Positions 1 to 1,237 of a stretch of 1,237 nt of DNA are shown here, piece after piece. This DNA comes from Escherichia coli (GTDB lineage Bacteria > Pseudomonadota > Gammaproteobacteria > Enterobacterales > Enterobacteriaceae). The DNA is taken from NCBI RefSeq assembly GCF_003334315.1, contig NZ_QOWR01000119.1; one strand, given 5' to 3'. The notes beneath the pieces are model-generated. The model made no database searches, was not told where the DNA came from, and was given only the letters and a program-made list of their open reading frames with translations. The position numbers and the translations under genes were made by a program. Within the stretch, counting starts at the first letter, position 1. Each line of letters begins with the position of its first letter.

Positions 1-614
1 GCCTGCCGGGGCAGCAGTATGATGAGGAGTCCGGCCTGTATTACAACCGCCACCGCTATTATGACCCGCTGCAGGGGCGATATATCACTCAGGATCCGAT
101 TGGACTGAAGGGGGGATGGAACCTGTATGGATATCAATTGAATCCGATATCAGACATCGACCCCCTGGGTTTATCTATGTGGGAGGATGCAAAATCGGGG
201 GCATGTACTAATGGTCTTTGCGGCACACTATCCGCTATGATAGGTCCAGATAAATTTGATTCTATAGATAGCACCGCATATGACGCCTTAAATAAAATAA
301 ATAGCCAATCTATTTGCGAAGATAAAGAGTTCGCTGGTTTAATATGTAAGGATAATAGTGGCAGATATTTCTCAACAGCACCTAACCGAGGAGAAAGAAA
401 AGGATCATATCCATTCAATAGCCCTTGCCCTAATGGTACTGAGAAAGTATCAGCTTATCATACTCATGGTGCAGATAGTCATGGAGAATATTGGGACGAA
501 ATATTTTCAGGTAAAGATGAGAAAATAGTTAAAAGTAAAGATAACAATATCAAGTCATTTTATTTAGGTACGCCCAGTGGTAATTTTAAAGCAATAGATA
601 ACCACGGGAAGTAA
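1..614 (+). CDS. Rhs-family polymorphic toxin, 3' portion (5'-partial): end of the RHS repeat-associated core plus a variable C-terminal toxin domain
   Basis: Frame 3 is open from position 3 to the TAA at 612..614 with no upstream stop, so the gene starts outside the window. The translation begins [57 protein letters not shown], which is the hallmark C-terminal end of the Rhs core (YD repeat followed by the PxxxxDPxGL boundary motif). The start at 138 in the ORF track is an in-frame TTG (Leu), not a real start. Which Rhs paralog this is cannot be determined from the window. Confidence 0.93.
   Translation, partial: LPGQQYDEESGLYYNRHRYYDPLQGRYITQDPIGLKGGWNLYGYQLNPISDIDPLGLSMWEDAKSGACTNGLCGTLSAMIGPDKFDSIDSTAYDALNKINSQSICEDKEFAGLICKDNSGRYFSTAPNRGERKGSYPFNSPCPNGTEKVSAYHTHGADSHGEYWDEIFSGKDEKIVKSKDNNIKSFYLGTPSGNFKAIDNHGK
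159..173 (+). other. DPLGL core/toxin demarcation motif of Rhs (predicted autoproteolytic release site region)
   Basis: Codons gac-ccc-ctg-ggt-tta encode DPLGL at 159..173. A first DPIGL lies at 93..107. In Rhs proteins the conserved PxxxxDPxGL motif marks the junction between the conserved core and the variable C-terminal toxin. Confidence 0.85.
174..611 (+). other. Variable C-terminal (Rhs-CT) toxin domain, 146 aa, family unassigned
   Basis: This is the segment after DPLGL: [18 protein letters not shown]…[33 protein letters not shown]…NHGK. It is AT-rich (about one-third GC by eye, versus about 60% GC in the first 60 nt of the window). It contains 5 Cys and a His cluster (HTHGADSH). No HExxH, HNH or obvious deaminase motif was seen. 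Confidence 0.75.
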
Positions 615-627
615 ATAACAAACAGAA

Positions 628-632
628 AAGGA
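628..632 (+). promoter_or_regulatory. Shine-Dalgarno-like sequence (AAGGA) for the downstream ORF
   Basis: AAGGA at 628..632 lies 7 nt upstream of the ATG at 640, which is the first start codon after the in-frame stop at 616..618. Confidence 0.5.
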
Positions 633-639
633 TTACCTA

Positions 640-1023
640 ATGTCTGCAGAGTTCATGGTAATATGTAAAAAAATATTGTTTAGGAACTGTGTCATTGTAT
701 CTTTGTTTGTTTTTACATACAACACATGGGCGCAGTGTAATAATAATATTAAAATAATGCGCAAGTATGAAAGTGAAGGTAAATATACCGTTAGAAATTT
801 GGTTAAAAATAAAGCTATAGCATTGGAATTAGCTGAGATATATGTTAAGAATCGTTATGGACAGGATGCCGCAGAAGAAGAAAAACCATACGAAATCACT
901 GAGTTAACAACAAGTTGGGTTGTTGAAGGTACCATTCACTCAGACCAAATTGCTGGTGGGGTTTTTATTATAGAAATAGGCAAAAATGATGGGAGAATTC
1001 TGAATTTTGGCCACGGAAAATAA
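640..1023 (+). CDS. Putative cognate Rhs immunity protein (127 aa) with a signal-peptide-like or membrane-anchor N-terminus
   Basis: Complete ORF from ATG 640 to TAA 1021..1023, same strand and 25 bp downstream of the rhs stop, with the same AT-rich composition as the toxin domain. This is the canonical position of an rhsI immunity gene. The N-terminus (MSAEFMVICKKILFRNCVIVSLFVFTYNTWAQC) has basic residues followed by a hydrophobic stretch of about 11 residues and a possible signal peptidase I site (TWA|Q). The C-terminal half (…AEEEKPYEITELTTSWVVEGT…AGGVFIIEIGKNDGRILNF…) looks to me like the small NTF2-like/YbbC-type immunity proteins found beside E. coli rhs genes, but that is an unverified recollection. 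Confidence 0.7.
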   Translation: MSAEFMVICKKILFRNCVIVSLFVFTYNTWAQCNNNIKIMRKYESEGKYTVRNLVKNKAIALELAEIYVKNRYGQDAAEEEKPYEITELTTSWVVEGTIHSDQIAGGVFIIEIGKNDGRILNFGHGK

Positions 1024-1033
1024 GTATGTAAGG

Positions 1034-1056
1034 GGTGATGATGCCAACTTACTGAT
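1034..1056 (+). repeat. IS1 left terminal inverted repeat (IRL)
   Basis: GGTGATGATGCCAACTTACTGAT differs at one position from the canonical IRL I recall (GGTGATGCTGCCAACTTACTGAT). The exact start is ambiguous by 1-2 nt because of the preceding G run (1032..1035). Confidence 0.85.
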
Positions 1057-1088
1057 TTAGTGTATGATGGTGTTTTTGAGGTGCTCCA

Positions 1089-1237
1089 GTGGCTTCTGTT
1101 TCTATCAGCTGTCCCTCCTGTTCAGCTACTGACGGGGTGGTGCGTAACGGCAAAAGCACCGCCGGACATCAGCGCTATCTCTGCTCTCACTGCCGTAAAA
1201 CATGGCAACTGCAGTTCACTTACACCGCTTCTCAACC
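1089..1237 (+). CDS. insA: IS1 InsA (transposition repressor / N-terminal part of the InsAB' transposase), 3'-partial
   Basis: GTG at 1089 followed by codons for [48 protein letters not shown], the InsA zinc-finger region (CxxC…CxxC). The frame runs off the window end. Confidence 0.93.
   Translation, partial: MASVSISCPSCSATDGVVRNGKSTAGHQRYLCSHCRKTWQLQFTYTASQ

Larger units (their letters stand above)
1034..1237 (+). mobile_element. IS1 insertion sequence, left end (3'-truncated by the window edge)
   Basis: From 1034 the sequence ggtgatgatgccaacttactgatttagtgtatgatggtgtttttgaggtgctccagtggcttctgtttctatcagctg… matches the IS1 left end as I remember it, including the insA N-terminus. About 204 bp of the roughly 768-bp element are present. 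Confidence 0.95.

Noticed and set aside
138-140. ORF-track start for the 158-aa + strand ORF
   Set aside because: The codon is TTG and the frame is open all the way to the window start with unmistakable Rhs core sequence upstream, so this is an internal Leu codon.
134-418. 94-aa ORF on the minus strand
   Set aside because: It is entirely antisense to the well-supported Rhs reading frame, has no recognisable motif and spans the compositional break. It is most likely a chance open frame in AT-rich DNA.
447-500. His cluster HTHGADSH as a zincin or metallo-beta-lactamase-type motif
   Set aside because: There is no HExxH and the spacing does not match HxHxDH. The domain is also too short for a metallo-beta-lactamase fold. 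It is kept only as a generic possible metal or catalytic site.
655-657. Alternative immunity start at ATG 655
   Set aside because: The only purine-rich stretch upstream is too close (about 3 nt spacer), while the ATG at 640 has a well-spaced AAGGA. Either start would give the same hydrophobic N-terminus.
715-738. Possible lipoprotein lipobox in the immunity candidate (…TWAQC)
   Set aside because: WAQ-C does not fit the L-[AS]-[GA]-C consensus. A signal peptidase I site or an uncleaved anchor is more plausible.
1-1237. CRISPR arrays, tRNA/rRNA genes or other structured RNAs
   Set aside because: No direct repeat-spacer periodicity, no tRNA-like cloverleaf features and no extended stem-loops were seen. 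Protein-coding sequence and IS1 account for essentially the entire window.

Overview
This window holds the 3' end of an Rhs (YD-repeat) polymorphic toxin gene, a candidate cognate immunity gene, and the left end of an IS1 insertion sequence. The Rhs ORF is open from the window edge in frame 3 and ends at 614. Its first ~170 nt are GC-rich and encode the conserved end of the Rhs core (…[52 protein letters not shown]). At the DPLGL motif (159..173) the sequence switches abruptly to AT-rich DNA encoding a 146-aa variable C-terminal domain (174..611) that I cannot assign to a known toxin family. A 127-aa ORF (640..1023) follows 25 bp downstream on the same strand, with a Shine-Dalgarno-like AAGGA and a signal-peptide-like N-terminus; its position makes it the probable immunity protein. 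Ten bp after its stop, the left terminal inverted repeat of IS1 begins (1034) and the insA reading frame (GTG start at 1089) runs off the window end. The combination of Rhs and IS1 suggests an Enterobacteriaceae (E. coli/Shigella-like) genome, but that is inference. The item of most interest is the uncharacterised toxin domain and its apparently exported immunity partner. All homology statements are from reading the translation by eye and from memory; no searches were run.
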